A stretch of DNA of 64,000 nt from NCBI GenBank assembly GCA_963699165.1, contig OY969413.1, positions 660,562-724,561 on the forward strand, in the 5' to 3' direction. The notes below the pieces were generated by a model. The model was not told where the DNA came from. It made no database searches and saw nothing but the letters and a program-made list of their open reading frames with translations. This stretch comes from Candidatus Kaiserbacteria bacterium. GTDB lineage: Bacteria > Patescibacteriota > Minisyncoccia > Phycocordibacterales > Phycocordibacteraceae. Below, piece by piece: positions 47,343-57,600 of the stretch. Each line of letters starts with the position of its first letter. The stretch's first letter is position 1. Made by a program: the position numbers and the translations under genes.

Positions 47343-48370
47343 GGCGTTGCCGTCGTGCTCGCCTCCTCCAGATTTTGCTCGAAGTTCACGATGGAGGCGC
47401 CCGGTTCTCCGTTTTCGATCGTAACGCCTTCGGCCGCATATTCGTCATCCATGTCGGAAAATGCCCGCACGAGCGCGGAAACCGCGCCTTCATATTGACC
47501 GAGCGCGAGCATGGTCGCGAGCGGGTCCGTGTTGACCTCGGCAAAATCGCTCGATATTTCTCCGATACGCGCCGCCGCGTTTATGATTTGCAGGTCTTCC
47601 GACAGCAATTCTTTCGGCACCGGTAGTGCCGAAAGGCCCGCGGCCGAATCGCGGAAGGCCTTTGCTTTTTTCGCGACGCTGTCGAGGGCGGTGGCATCGC
47701 CGTTCATGGCGTCCTGCAGGTAGGCCAGCGCGCTTTTCGGCAAATGGGAATCATTCTTCGCCAGTACGCCCTCGGCGAGAACGGCAAAATTCTTAAGCGC
47801 GTCCGGACCCGAACCGGACACCACGAGGTCGGACGACGATTTGAAATCGGGCGCGGATGCGACGCTGCTCTCGAGTCCGCTCAGCGCTTGCTGTTCAACG
47901 GTGTTTATCTGATCTTGAGTGAGGTCGGCGCCGTTATTTGCGTTTTTCGCAGCGATATAAAGCGTGAGGAAACTTTTTGCAAACGTATCGGTGAGCGTCC
48001 CTTCAGGCGCGGCGGCCGGAGCGTCCGGGGTCCCGGTTTCGGCGCTCGACGTTGCCACCGGAACATCCGCAATTGCCTTCGGAACGACCATCCCCTGCGC
48101 AACGGCCTGACCGTCCGTCATGCCCAAATGAAAGTAATCGGTTGTCGTACTATTTAAAGGAATGCCGTACAGCGTCTTTTCCCAGTCGGGCAATCCGTCG
48201 CCGTTCGAATCCTTTGATGCGATTTGCTGCAAGAGCGCGGTCTCGGTCGATGCCTGCGCGATAGGCGGAGAAGCTACGCCCTTCGCGAGCAGATACGCGC
48301 CGACGACGAGTCCGACCGACAATAGCGTCGCGGCAAATATTCGCCAATTTCCAACTATTCTTTCCCCCAT
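47339..48370 (-). CDS. Membrane-anchored protein with a Ca-binding-like DxDGDGL repeat
   Basis: Signal anchor; DSNGDGLPDWEK. Confidence 0.7.
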   Translation of the reverse strand: MGERIVGNWRIFAATLLSVGLVVGAYLLAKGVASPPIAQASTETALLQQIASKDSNGDGLPDWEKTLYGIPLNSTTTDYFHLGMTDGQAVAQGMVVPKAIADVPVATSSAETGTPDAPAAAPEGTLTDTFAKSFLTLYIAAKNANNGADLTQDQINTVEQQALSGLESSVASAPDFKSSSDLVVSGSGPDALKNFAVLAEGVLAKNDSHLPKSALAYLQDAMNGDATALDSVAKKAKAFRDSAAGLSALPVPKELLSEDLQIINAAARIGEISSDFAEVNTDPLATMLALGQYEGAVSALVRAFSDMDDEYAAEGVTIENGEPGASIVNFEQNLEEASTTATP

Positions 48371-48481
48371 AGTATCACTTGAAAGTATAGCAGTAGCCGG
48401 CCGAAAAAAGTCCAGACGCCTGTATATAAAAGTGCATTACGCGCGACGAAAAGCGGACCGCGGGCATGGTACGATATTTCC

Positions 48482-49459
48482 ATGCGAATATTCTTCTCCG
48501 CTTTGTCGATTTTCCTGCTGTTTTCGTACGGACCCCGCGCATTCGCGCAAACGAGCGCGCTAAACATCTTTTCGTCAAACCTGTCCATCGGCGCTTCCGG
48601 CGTATCGGTAACCGCGCTCCAAGAGGAGCTCAACCGCGACCCCGATACGCAAATCGCAAGCGCGGGACCCGGTTCTCCGGGAAACGAGACGGGATATTTC
48701 GGCGCGCTCACGAAAGCGGCCGTCATACGATTCCAAAATAAATACGCGGCGGAAGTTTTGGCGCCCGCCGGCCTTGCGGAAGGGAGCGGGTTCGTTGGTT
48801 TGTATACCCGGACGAAATTGAACGCGCTTGCCGCGACGCCACCCGCCACGCCCGCGGGCGGGAATACGACATCGTCCTCGCCGTCCGCTTCTTCGACCGC
48901 GGCGCAACAGACCTCCGCTGCCGCTCAAAATCCGAATACCGCGAATTTGGACGCGTTTATCGCAACCGTGGACGCCGAAGGAGTCAAAGAGGGATTCTCT
49001 TCGTCGAGCATCGCCGCCGCCAACGAAAAAATACGGGAAGTCGCGGCGACCACCACCGATTTGCGGGCAAAGTTCATCAACGTCCTGCAACAGAATTCCC
49101 GCGTCGCCAAAAGAGACGATTCCATTGCGGCGAAAATTCTTGCTTTTTTAACGCGACTGTTCGTTCCCGAACGCGCATACGCTTCCTTTGTGGGCGTTCC
49201 GTTCGGGGGCATCATCACGTTCGCCCTGCCCTGCAATGACGGATGGAATGTCGCCATCACGCCCTTGCCGCCCACGATGGTTTCCCTGCTCACCTATATT
49301 ATGGGTTCGCAGGCGTTCCCGTACTACACGCTGAACGGTGCGCATCCGGGTATGGGCGTTGTCGGCTCGTATACTCCCGGTCCGGGCGCATGCGTCCTCG
49401 GCATCATCCCCATCCCGTCCGAGGGCATAATCAGCCCGTTCACGAGTTCATCTCCTTAG
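48482..49459 (+). CDS. Secreted peptidoglycan-binding-domain protein
   Basis: LSIGASGVSVTALQ...YFGALTKAAVIRFQ...GFVGLYTRTKLN. Confidence 0.75.
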   Translation: MRIFFSALSIFLLFSYGPRAFAQTSALNIFSSNLSIGASGVSVTALQEELNRDPDTQIASAGPGSPGNETGYFGALTKAAVIRFQNKYAAEVLAPAGLAEGSGFVGLYTRTKLNALAATPPATPAGGNTTSSSPSASSTAAQQTSAAAQNPNTANLDAFIATVDAEGVKEGFSSSSIAAANEKIREVAATTTDLRAKFINVLQQNSRVAKRDDSIAAKILAFLTRLFVPERAYASFVGVPFGGIITFALPCNDGWNVAITPLPPTMVSLLTYIMGSQAFPYYTLNGAHPGMGVVGSYTPGPGACVLGIIPIPSEGIISPFTSSSP

Positions 49460-50210
49460 CGAGCGAAAGCCACACGGTAAGCAAAACGTCTTCGGCGCGC
49501 GCTTTTTCCGGAAGTCCGTCCGCGGGAAGTCCGGCCTCGGCGAGATTTTTGCGCGCGAATTTCCGTTTGTGCGCAAATCCGGCATGCAGGAGCGCGAAAA
49601 ATTTTTCTTCGGCCTCTTTATTCGGAAAATTTTTCCGCGAAATACCCCGGACGGAAAGCACCGCGGAATCGACGTTCGGCGCCGGAACAAATGCGCCGCG
49701 CGGAACAGTAAACAAATACTTCGGCATGCCGTACGCTTTTACCGACAGAGAAAGAATGCTTTCTTTTTTTGAACGTGCGATTCGTTCGGCGACTTCTTTC
49801 TGCACAAGAAGCGTCATCGAACATGGCTGATTCTCCGATGACAAAAACTTTCTGAAAATTTCTCCGGTGAGGTAGTACGGAATATTTGCGACAAGCGCAT
49901 ATCCTTTCGGAAGCGCAGTGATGTCGAACGTACGCACGTCGCCATGCATAAGTTCCAATTTTCCCGATGCAATTTCAGACGCGAATTCTTGCGCAAGGCG
50001 CTCAAACAAGTCCCCGTCGGCTTCGAGCGCAATGACTTTGCGCGCGATTTTCAAAAGTTCGCGCGAAAGCATGCCGGTGCCGGGACCGATTTCAAATACG
50101 ACTGATTCGGGAAAAAGTTTTGCGGAAAGCGCAATGCGCTCCGCGATGCGCGCATGCATCAGAAAATTTTGTCCGAGCGACTTCTTAGGCCTCGATGATT
50201 TCTTCTCCAT
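49440..50210 (-). CDS. rsmA: 16S rRNA m6,2A dimethyltransferase
   Basis: KKSLGQNFL, EIGPGTG, VANIPYYLT, FVPAPNVDSA; start uncertain (50210-50222). Confidence 0.93.
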   Translation of the reverse strand: MEKKSSRPKKSLGQNFLMHARIAERIALSAKLFPESVVFEIGPGTGMLSRELLKIARKVIALEADGDLFERLAQEFASEIASGKLELMHGDVRTFDITALPKGYALVANIPYYLTGEIFRKFLSSENQPCSMTLLVQKEVAERIARSKKESILSLSVKAYGMPKYLFTVPRGAFVPAPNVDSAVLSVRGISRKNFPNKEAEEKFFALLHAGFAHKRKFARKNLAEAGLPADGLPEKARAEDVLLTVWLSLAKEMNS

Positions 50211-52104
50211 CGGTTTCATCATAAAGCATCGCGCCGTTTGCGGACGGAATGTCGGCCAAAAACGACGACGGGTCGGCGGCGAAATCGCTGCCGTAAATCT
50301 TTCGCACGCGCGCAAGCGTCAAGTAAATACGCTCTTTTGCGCGAGTGAGGGCGACATAAAATAGACGGCGTTCTTCTTCCTCGTCGCGGTCTTTATCGTT
50401 TCCCATATCGCCGTGCGGGAACAGCCCTTCCTCCATGCCGGTGATAAATACCGTACCGAATTCAAGCCCTTTCGCCGCATGCACGGTCATAAGCGTCACG
50501 CCCGTTTTCTCGCCCTGGTCGAGCTCATCCTGGTCGCTTGAAAGCGCTGCCTCCGCGAGAAATGCGGCAATGCTTTCCTTCCCCGCCGCCGCATCATGCC
50601 GCGTTGCGACCGATGCGAGTTCTTCGATGTTTTCAAACCGCTCGCGGTCTTCCATGCTTCCCTCCTCGTAAAGCGCGCGGCGCATGCCGCTTTTTTCAAT
50701 CACGAGCTTTACGAATTCCGAAGGCACGAGCGTTTCGGCCGCGGCCGAAAGTTCATTCACGATTTTTTCAAATTGTTCTACCTTTGCAAGTTCACCGGCG
50801 CGCAACTGCGAGCGCTGTCCTGCTGCAAGCTTCCCGAGGGTGACGCGACCGATGCCGCGCGGCGGCGAAGCCGCCGCGCGGACTTTATCCGTTTCGCGCG
50901 ACGGGTCCATCGCAAGACGCATCCACGCGAGCGCGTCTTTCACTTCTTTGCGCGCGAAGAAATGCGTGCCGAGCAATTTGTACGGCACGCCCGCGCGGAG
51001 CAATCCTTCTTCGAGCGCTCTCGATTGAAAATTGGTGCGAAAAAGAATCGCAATGTCCTCAGGCGCTGTTCCCGACCGCATGAGCTCGCGAATTTTAAGC
51101 GCGACCCAGTGCGCTTCGTCTTCCGCGCTTCGCGCCATGTGAAAAACAATCGGCTCGCCTGCCGGATGGTTGGTGGTCGATATTTTTTCTTTTCGGTTTA
51201 CGTTTTTTTCAATGACGGCATTGGCCGCATCGACGACATTTTTCGTGGAACGGTAATTGCGCTCGAGAATAATCGTCTGCGCCTCCGGATAGATTTTGTC
51301 AAAATTCAAAATATTTTCCATTTTCGCGCCGCGCCATCCGTAAATCGCCTGGTCGCCGTCGCCCACCACGAAAAGATTCCGATGTTTATTCGCGAGTATG
51401 CCCGCAAGCCGTTCCTGCAATCCGTTCGTATCCTGATATTCATCGATGTGAATGTATTGCCAGCGATTTTGCGCAAGCTCTCGCACGTCCGCGTGTTCTT
51501 CGAGCATGCGAACGGGCAGTGCAATCAAATCATCGAAGTCGAGCGCCTTTTCTGCGGCGAGCGTTTTCTCGTAGCGCAGCCACGCTTCGGAAACAATGCG
51601 CGCGCCGAAACCGCCGCGCGAATTTTTCTCATAAAATTCGCGCGCAACGGTTCCCTCCCCTTTTGCGCGCGAGATGCGTCCTAGCACCGAACGCGGTGAA
51701 AGTTCTTTCGTCTCTACATCGAGCGCTTTGAGCGCGGACGCAATCGCCTTCTCCGAGTCATCGCGGTCGTACACGCTGAAAAAACGCGGCACGCCGATAA
51801 CCTTGCCGTAACTCTCGAGCAGTTCCCTGCCGAGCCCGTGAAAGGTTGCGATGAACGGCGTCTCGAAAGAATCATCCTCGCCGAGCATGCCGCGAACCCG
51901 CTCCCGCATCTCGCGCGCGGCCTTGTTCGTGAAGGTAACCGCAAGAATCCGGCTCGCGGGGACGCCTTCGCGGATGAGGTGGTAGATACGGGTGGTGAGC
52001 ACCTTCGTCTTCCCACTTCCGGCGCCGGCCAAAACCGAGACCGGACCCTCTACGGCCAGCACCGCCTTCTTCTGTTCTTCATTTAATCCTTCGAGATATT
52101 TCAC
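50185..52104 (-). CDS. pcrA: UvrD/PcrA ATP-dependent DNA helicase
   Basis: AGAGSGKT, TFTNKAA, DEYQD, NYRS, HAAKGLEF, EERRLFYVALTRA. Confidence 0.92.
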   Translation of the reverse strand: MKYLEGLNEEQKKAVLAVEGPVSVLAGAGSGKTKVLTTRIYHLIREGVPASRILAVTFTNKAAREMRERVRGMLGEDDSFETPFIATFHGLGRELLESYGKVIGVPRFFSVYDRDDSEKAIASALKALDVETKELSPRSVLGRISRAKGEGTVAREFYEKNSRGGFGARIVSEAWLRYEKTLAAEKALDFDDLIALPVRMLEEHADVRELAQNRWQYIHIDEYQDTNGLQERLAGILANKHRNLFVVGDGDQAIYGWRGAKMENILNFDKIYPEAQTIILERNYRSTKNVVDAANAVIEKNVNRKEKISTTNHPAGEPIVFHMARSAEDEAHWVALKIRELMRSGTAPEDIAILFRTNFQSRALEEGLLRAGVPYKLLGTHFFARKEVKDALAWMRLAMDPSRETDKVRAAASPPRGIGRVTLGKLAAGQRSQLRAGELAKVEQFEKIVNELSAAAETLVPSEFVKLVIEKSGMRRALYEEGSMEDRERFENIEELASVATRHDAAAGKESIAAFLAEAALSSDQDELDQGEKTGVTLMTVHAAKGLEFGTVFITGMEEGLFPHGDMGNDKDRDEEEERRLFYVALTRAKERIYLTLARVRKIYGSDFAADPSSFLADIPSANGAMLYDETDGEEIIEA

Positions 52105-52303
52105 CTACCGACTATAGCGCACAAACCGATGTCCACAGCCCCACTTTAAGGCGGTTGACTCCCCTCCCCGCTTGGCTATACTCGCTGTATTGACCGATAC
52201 GGTGGTACTCAAGAAATGGCTTATGTAGGCCATTTTTGTATGCGGAAGCCCGACAGAATTCCTTTGTTTACCTATTGATTTAAACCCTAAAAATACCGAC
52301 CCG

Positions 52304-53431
52304 TTGCCGCAGAGCGCGAGATTGGATACATTCGAGATTTTGGAGCGATGCGCGGTTTGCGTCGTTAGCGTTTCGTTTGTCATCTTTGGCGCAATCCTCA
52401 TTCCCTCTCGGGTCAGCGCGTTCTGGCCTTTTTCGACCGATGCCGATGCGGCCGCAAGCTCGGTGCAGCCCGTCTCGGCAACTCCCGTTCTCCAGGCCTC
52501 CACAAATACCGACCCGAACCCTTACAAGGGCCTTTTGGCAGATGCCGACGTATCAAGCGACAATGCGCTGCTAGCCCAGGCCGGCCCCTCAGGCACAACG
52601 GCCGACATTGTAGGAACCACGCAAATCGACCGCATTTCGGTCTATGTCGTCCGCCCGGGCGATACGCTCTCGGATATAGCAAATATGTTTGGCGTGTCGA
52701 AAAACACGATTCTTTGGGCGAACAACTTGAAAAGCGCGAAGGACGTGCACCCGGGCGATACGCTCATTATCCTTCCGATTACCGGCATTCAGCACGTCGT
52801 GGTCTCCGGCGATACGCTGAAGTCGCTTGCGAAGAAGTTCAACGGCGACCCGGACGAAATCGCGGAGTTTAACGGTCTCGACCCAAATGAGGCGCTCGAT
52901 ATCGGCTCGACCGTTATCATTCCGGGCGGCGAAGTGGTTGAATCGGAGACGCCGACCGCGCCGAAAACGAAGAGTTCTTCGCAAAAGACCTCCGCGCGCA
53001 AAGCATCGAGCTCGAGCGAACCGTATCTTGGCGGCAGCGGAGCTCCGCAAGACGGCTATTACGGCAACCCGCTTCCGGGAGCGATTCTCACGCAAGGCAT
53101 TCACGGCTGGAACGCCGTCGATTTGGGTGCGCCGCGCGGCACGCCGATTCACGCGGCGGCCGATGGAACGGTCATTATCGCCAAAAACGGCGGGTGGAAC
53201 GGCGGCTATGGCAACTATGTTGTTATCACGCACGATAACGGCACTGAAACGCTCTACGCGCATATGAGCAGTGCGATTGTTTCTCCGGGAGAATCAGTTT
53301 CCGCGGGACAAACCATCGGCTACGTCGGCATGACCGGACTCACGACCGGACCGCACCTCCACTTCGAAGTGCGCGGCGCGGCAAATCCATTCCGCGATTG
53401 CAGCGAGGGCTCGGTGTGCTCGCCTGAATAG
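52304..53431 (+). CDS. LysM x2 plus M23 peptidase
   Basis: YVVRPGDTLSDIA, HVVVSGDTL, HGWNAVD, TLYAH, TTGPHLHFEV; start uncertain. Confidence 0.88.
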   Translation: MPQSARLDTFEILERCAVCVVSVSFVIFGAILIPSRVSAFWPFSTDADAAASSVQPVSATPVLQASTNTDPNPYKGLLADADVSSDNALLAQAGPSGTTADIVGTTQIDRISVYVVRPGDTLSDIANMFGVSKNTILWANNLKSAKDVHPGDTLIILPITGIQHVVVSGDTLKSLAKKFNGDPDEIAEFNGLDPNEALDIGSTVIIPGGEVVESETPTAPKTKSSSQKTSARKASSSSEPYLGGSGAPQDGYYGNPLPGAILTQGIHGWNAVDLGAPRGTPIHAAADGTVIIAKNGGWNGGYGNYVVITHDNGTETLYAHMSSAIVSPGESVSAGQTIGYVGMTGLTTGPHLHFEVRGAANPFRDCSEGSVCSPE

Positions 53432-53517
53432 GAGCTCGCAGATAAAATCCCCGCCGGCGCAGCGCCGGCGGGGATTTTATTTGCAGAAATTCACATTCAA
53501 CTGATAGGATGCGAGTA

Positions 53518-54366
53518 ATGAAAAAGTGGATTCGTTACATATTCTTCGGCCTAGTGGGATTGTTTGCTCTCATCGGTCTCGTCTTTACCGCGGTCTTCGT
53601 CGGCATGCGCTTCGGCCTTTTCAACGTGCGCGGATCAATTGCAGAGCGGAATCAATTTTTTGCGCAGACAAGCAGCGCGGCAACGAGTACGCCGCCGTGC
53701 GTCGATACAGCCGTCTCCGTATGCGCATGGAATGCAACGCCTGAATGGACGGTCATCAAGGGCGGCTTGGAAAAAGACGCTCCCGTCATAGCGCGCGTAA
53801 GCGCGGAGACCGGCGTGCCGGAGCGCATTCTCGCGGCAACCGTCGTGCCGGAACAGACGCGATTTTTCACCTCCGAACGCGACATTTTTAAAAGTTATTT
53901 TGAGCCGCTTAAAATACTCGGCTCGCTCTCGCAGTTCTCGCTTGGCGTCACCGGCATCAAACAAGAAACCGCAAATCAAATCGAGATGTTTGCGGCAAGT
54001 ACGACCTCGCCGTTTTATCCGGGCGCAAGCGCGGCAACGCTCATCGCCTATCCGGCGGGAACGGTTCACGACACCGAACTCTTCAATCGGCTTACCGATG
54101 CGAAAAATCATTACTACTCGTATCTCTATACGGCGCTCTATATAAAAGAAATCGAATCGCAGTGGAAAGCGGCGGGTTACGATATCGGCAACAAACCGGG
54201 CGTTATCGTCACGCTTTTCAATATCGGCTTTCAAAATTCAAAGCCGAACGCGTCGCCTAATATCGGCGGCTCCTCGGTCGAGTCGGGCGGCAACACATAC
54301 ACCTATGGAGAGCTCGGGCAAGATTTTTACGATTCGAACGAATTGACTGATATCTTCCCGAAATAA
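53518..54366 (+). CDS. Membrane-anchored hypothetical protein
   Basis: N-terminal TM helix; TAGGAT 7 nt upstream; hairpins on both sides (53437-53484, 54376-54422). Confidence 0.7.
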   Translation: MKKWIRYIFFGLVGLFALIGLVFTAVFVGMRFGLFNVRGSIAERNQFFAQTSSAATSTPPCVDTAVSVCAWNATPEWTVIKGGLEKDAPVIARVSAETGVPERILAATVVPEQTRFFTSERDIFKSYFEPLKILGSLSQFSLGVTGIKQETANQIEMFAASTTSPFYPGASAATLIAYPAGTVHDTELFNRLTDAKNHYYSYLYTALYIKEIESQWKAAGYDIGNKPGVIVTLFNIGFQNSKPNASPNIGGSSVESGGNTYTYGELGQDFYDSNELTDIFPK

Positions 54367-54429
54367 AGCGAGGCCGGCAAAATAAAAATCCCCGAGCAGC
54401 TCGGGGATTTTTATTTTGCCGGATGTTAT

Positions 54430-57400
54430 TTAGGTGTTGCCGCCCCGCCCGTTCCCCCACCCAAACCAACCGACGCGATTATCGAGCCCGTGCGTGATTG
54501 CTTTCTGTGTGTTGCCGAAATCATCATGCTTCGACACCGCGCCCGAATATATCAGCACCGGCCCCGGATGGTCCGTCTGTCGCCATCCTGCCTGCGATAC
54601 TTCGGAGAGTTTGTAGACGCCCGGACCGAGATTCGCAAACGAGTAGTTGCCGTTTGCGTCGGTAACGGTCGATATAGTCGAGCCGTCGGGTTTTTTGAGC
54701 TGAATCGTCCAGCCCGCAAGTCCGCCTTCGCCGTTATCCTTGTGTCCGTTGCCGTTTTTGTCGTTGTACTTCTCGCCGGAAATTGTTCCGAGTTTGAAGT
54801 TGCCGAAGTTTTTGTTTTTTGCGATTTGTCCTGCGGCAAGCGCGATGTCATATGTGTCGCTTATCGCTATTTTCGACGGATACGTAGACGTCCAGCCGGT
54901 TTGCTGAACTTCACGCACGTGGTACGTGCCCGCCGCAAGTCCGGTGAAGCGATACGCGCCGTGGCTGTCGGTCACGGTCGACGGCTCGCCGGGATCCAAT
55001 ATCCCGTTATTGTTGGTATCGAGATAGATAGTCCATCCCGAAAGTTTTTTCTCCCACGGACTCTCAAACGCCCTGCCGCCGCCATCCCAATCCTCGAACT
55101 TCACGCCGCGGATTTCTCCGAGTTTCGGATTCTTGGTGTTGGTAACGATACACGTTGTCGGTGCGCCTGCGGCAATGACGACGCTTGAGCATTCGTTATC
55201 GCTCAGCGTCCAGCCCGTTGTCGGCGTTTCACTCACGTGATACGTGCCCGGTGCGAGGTTAGCGAATGTTTGACTCGAGCCCGTTCCGCCGGTCGCATTG
55301 CCGGTCGTCGTAATCTGGAAGCTGCCGAGGTCGCCGGTGAATTTGAATGTGCCGTTGCCGCCGACGGTGTCTTTCTCGACGATAAGGCCGCCGGTGGTCG
55401 GACACGATTCGTTGTACACGAGCACATATTCATCGGCAGCCAATCCGTAGAGATTGACGGCCGTGGTTGTCGCCTGCGATGCAGCATCCGCGAAACTCAC
55501 CGAGCTCGTTTTGTAGCCGTCGAGGAGGTATTTGCCCGGCGTGCAGAGCGCGGGACTTGCCACGACTTGGCTTGCGGTATCGGTGACTTCGGCGGTGCCG
55601 TAATTTGCAGGTGCCTGCATCGGTGCCGTGTCTGCGCCGTAGAGGTCGGCCGCGCCGCCGAAGTTATTTCCGAGCACATAATTTCCCGTCGATGTCGCGC
55701 CGCCGTTTAAGTTCGCGGCCTGCCACACCGCCGTCATCGGGAACTGATAATTATTTGCCGATGCTGCCGCCGCTTTCTGTCCGTTCAGATATTTCAATAC
55801 ATGAACTTTGAGCGTCGGCGCTTGAATGCAGGTCTTATTCCAGACAATCACGTACTCATCACTTTGCAGATTCGTGAAGTTGGGAGCGTCGGCCGTCGGC
55901 GTTCCCTGCTCTGCCGCGGCCAGCGTCGCGCCCGCAGTGTATCCGACAAGCGCGAATGGATTGCCCGCATCGCACGTTGTCGGGCTGTTTTCACTCGTTG
56001 TATAGCTTGCGCCGGGAGTCATGTCGACCGTCACCGCCTCATACGGATTCGGGCTGTTGAAACCGATCGGACCGAGCGCATACGAACCGGTTCCCTCTCC
56101 GGTGCTTGTTGAATTCCATGTCGCCGTCATCGAGAACGACGTGCTGCTTGCGCTCGCAGCAGTCGCCATCGAACCGTTCAGGAATTTATCAATCGTCACT
56201 TTCACCGGCGGAGGAATTTTGTCATACGCGACACAATTGACCGTTGCATTTGGCGAAACAAACGTAAGTTCCTGATTGTCATTGGTGTTCGAAGTGTCCC
56301 CGTCTCCCTGGCAATAGAGACCCAGAATGTCACCGGCGGCGAGCTGCTGATTACTGCTATCGGTTTCGACAACCAGATACCGTCCGGTTGCCGGAAGGTT
56401 CGGAATCGTCAGAACGCCGCTCCCATTCGTTGCCCCGCCCGCCGTTAGCGGCGCGCTTAACTCGGGATACGGAGCATTCGCATCGATTTGCGTTCCATGC
56501 ACGTAGCCGAATGTTTTGCCCGAATCCGGAACGCATCCGGTCGGAACGGTCTGCCCGACCCCGTTTGCGGCCCGCGTTACCGTCGTGCCGTCGGGACATG
56601 CGTATTTGGTAATAACTATGGTACCCGTTTCCACCGGCGTCGGACCCGAGAGAAGCGAAAGATTGTCGATATAGTAGCCCTTCCCGAGGTCAGCCGGCGT
56701 CGCCGTGCCGCGCGCCTGGAAAATAACCGTCTTTACGATGCGCGGGCTCTGTTCGGAACTTTGTTCCGGGTCATAACGGTAGAAGTCCTCCCAACTGCCG
56801 CCCGTGTGTTTCAATACGCCGTCGATGTACACCTTAACGACGTCGTTTGCCGCACCGTCCGCAACATCCATCGTGAGTTTGATTGTGTGCGGAGCGGTAC
56901 GGCTAATCGTACCGACATCGTATTCGTTGAATGTCGCCGTTGTGCCGACCGGCCCGGGGTCCGTCACGTCGTCAAAGAATACGTGTATGCCGTCCTCCAA
57001 ATCATCGAACCGCAAGTAACTCATGCGCGAACCGTCGCCGCGGTCGGGCGATACGGAAAGGTGCATGCCCGGCTGTTGCGTTGCTTGCGTCGACATAATG
57101 TCAAACTGCACTTCGAAATGCGTTTGCTTGGTTCCGGCGGCGAAACTGCCGGCGGTTGCCGAGGTCTCTCCAACGGAATTAATCAGCGGCTTTGCAAACA
57201 CCCAATCGCCGAAAGTCCCGCTTGTAACCGCATCCGACATTCTGAAACTTTGCGCCCCGAAACTTGCGGGCAGCGTGCTTGTCGCCACCACCGCCTGGTC
57301 ATAGGTTGGATTGACCGCACTGCTCCATCCGTCTTGCCCGCTAATTGAACCGACCGTATAGGTTGGGCTCTCGAAATTTATCGGCCCGACCGTATCTGCG

Positions 57401-57480
57401 GAAACGATACCCGGAAGAAAGAACAAACTCGCGGCCGCAGCTGCAGCCGCGACCGACACCGCACATTTAGTGACATTCAT
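54430..57480 (-). CDS. Large secreted adhesin-like protein with SdrD-B/prealbumin-fold repeats
   Basis: Signal peptide; LSGWTIYLDTNNNGILDPGEP...TDSHGAYRFTGLAAGTYHVRE and GLAGWTIQL...TDANGNYSF; internal repeat. Confidence 0.8.
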   Translation of the reverse strand: MNVTKCAVSVAAAAAAASLFFLPGIVSADTVGPINFESPTYTVGSISGQDGWSSAVNPTYDQAVVATSTLPASFGAQSFRMSDAVTSGTFGDWVFAKPLINSVGETSATAGSFAAGTKQTHFEVQFDIMSTQATQQPGMHLSVSPDRGDGSRMSYLRFDDLEDGIHVFFDDVTDPGPVGTTATFNEYDVGTISRTAPHTIKLTMDVADGAANDVVKVYIDGVLKHTGGSWEDFYRYDPEQSSEQSPRIVKTVIFQARGTATPADLGKGYYIDNLSLLSGPTPVETGTIVITKYACPDGTTVTRAANGVGQTVPTGCVPDSGKTFGYVHGTQIDANAPYPELSAPLTAGGATNGSGVLTIPNLPATGRYLVVETDSSNQQLAAGDILGLYCQGDGDTSNTNDNQELTFVSPNATVNCVAYDKIPPPVKVTIDKFLNGSMATAASASSTSFSMTATWNSTSTGEGTGSYALGPIGFNSPNPYEAVTVDMTPGASYTTSENSPTTCDAGNPFALVGYTAGATLAAAEQGTPTADAPNFTNLQSDEYVIVWNKTCIQAPTLKVHVLKYLNGQKAAAASANNYQFPMTAVWQAANLNGGATSTGNYVLGNNFGGAADLYGADTAPMQAPANYGTAEVTDTASQVVASPALCTPGKYLLDGYKTSSVSFADAASQATTTAVNLYGLAADEYVLVYNESCPTTGGLIVEKDTVGGNGTFKFTGDLGSFQITTTGNATGGTGSSQTFANLAPGTYHVSETPTTGWTLSDNECSSVVIAAGAPTTCIVTNTKNPKLGEIRGVKFEDWDGGGRAFESPWEKKLSGWTIYLDTNNNGILDPGEPSTVTDSHGAYRFTGLAAGTYHVREVQQTGWTSTYPSKIAISDTYDIALAAGQIAKNKNFGNFKLGTISGEKYNDKNGNGHKDNGEGGLAGWTIQLKKPDGSTISTVTDANGNYSFANLGPGVYKLSEVSQAGWRQTDHPGPVLIYSGAVSKHDDFGNTQKAITHGLDNRVGWFGWGNGRGGNT

Positions 57481-57546
57481 AATATTTTCGCCAGCGAATT
57501 TATCGAATAATGCGCTCATTTACGCACAGTCGGTATGTGGAAATCA

Positions 57547-57598
57547 TGAATACGGAAAGTCCCGCGACGCTTCGCGTCGCGGGACTTTCCGTATTCAT
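57547..57598. terminator. Long hairpin downstream of comM
   Basis: TGAATACGGAAAGTCCCGCGACGC-TTC-GCGTCGCGGGACTTTCCGTATTCA. Confidence 0.55.
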
Positions 57599-57600
57599 TG

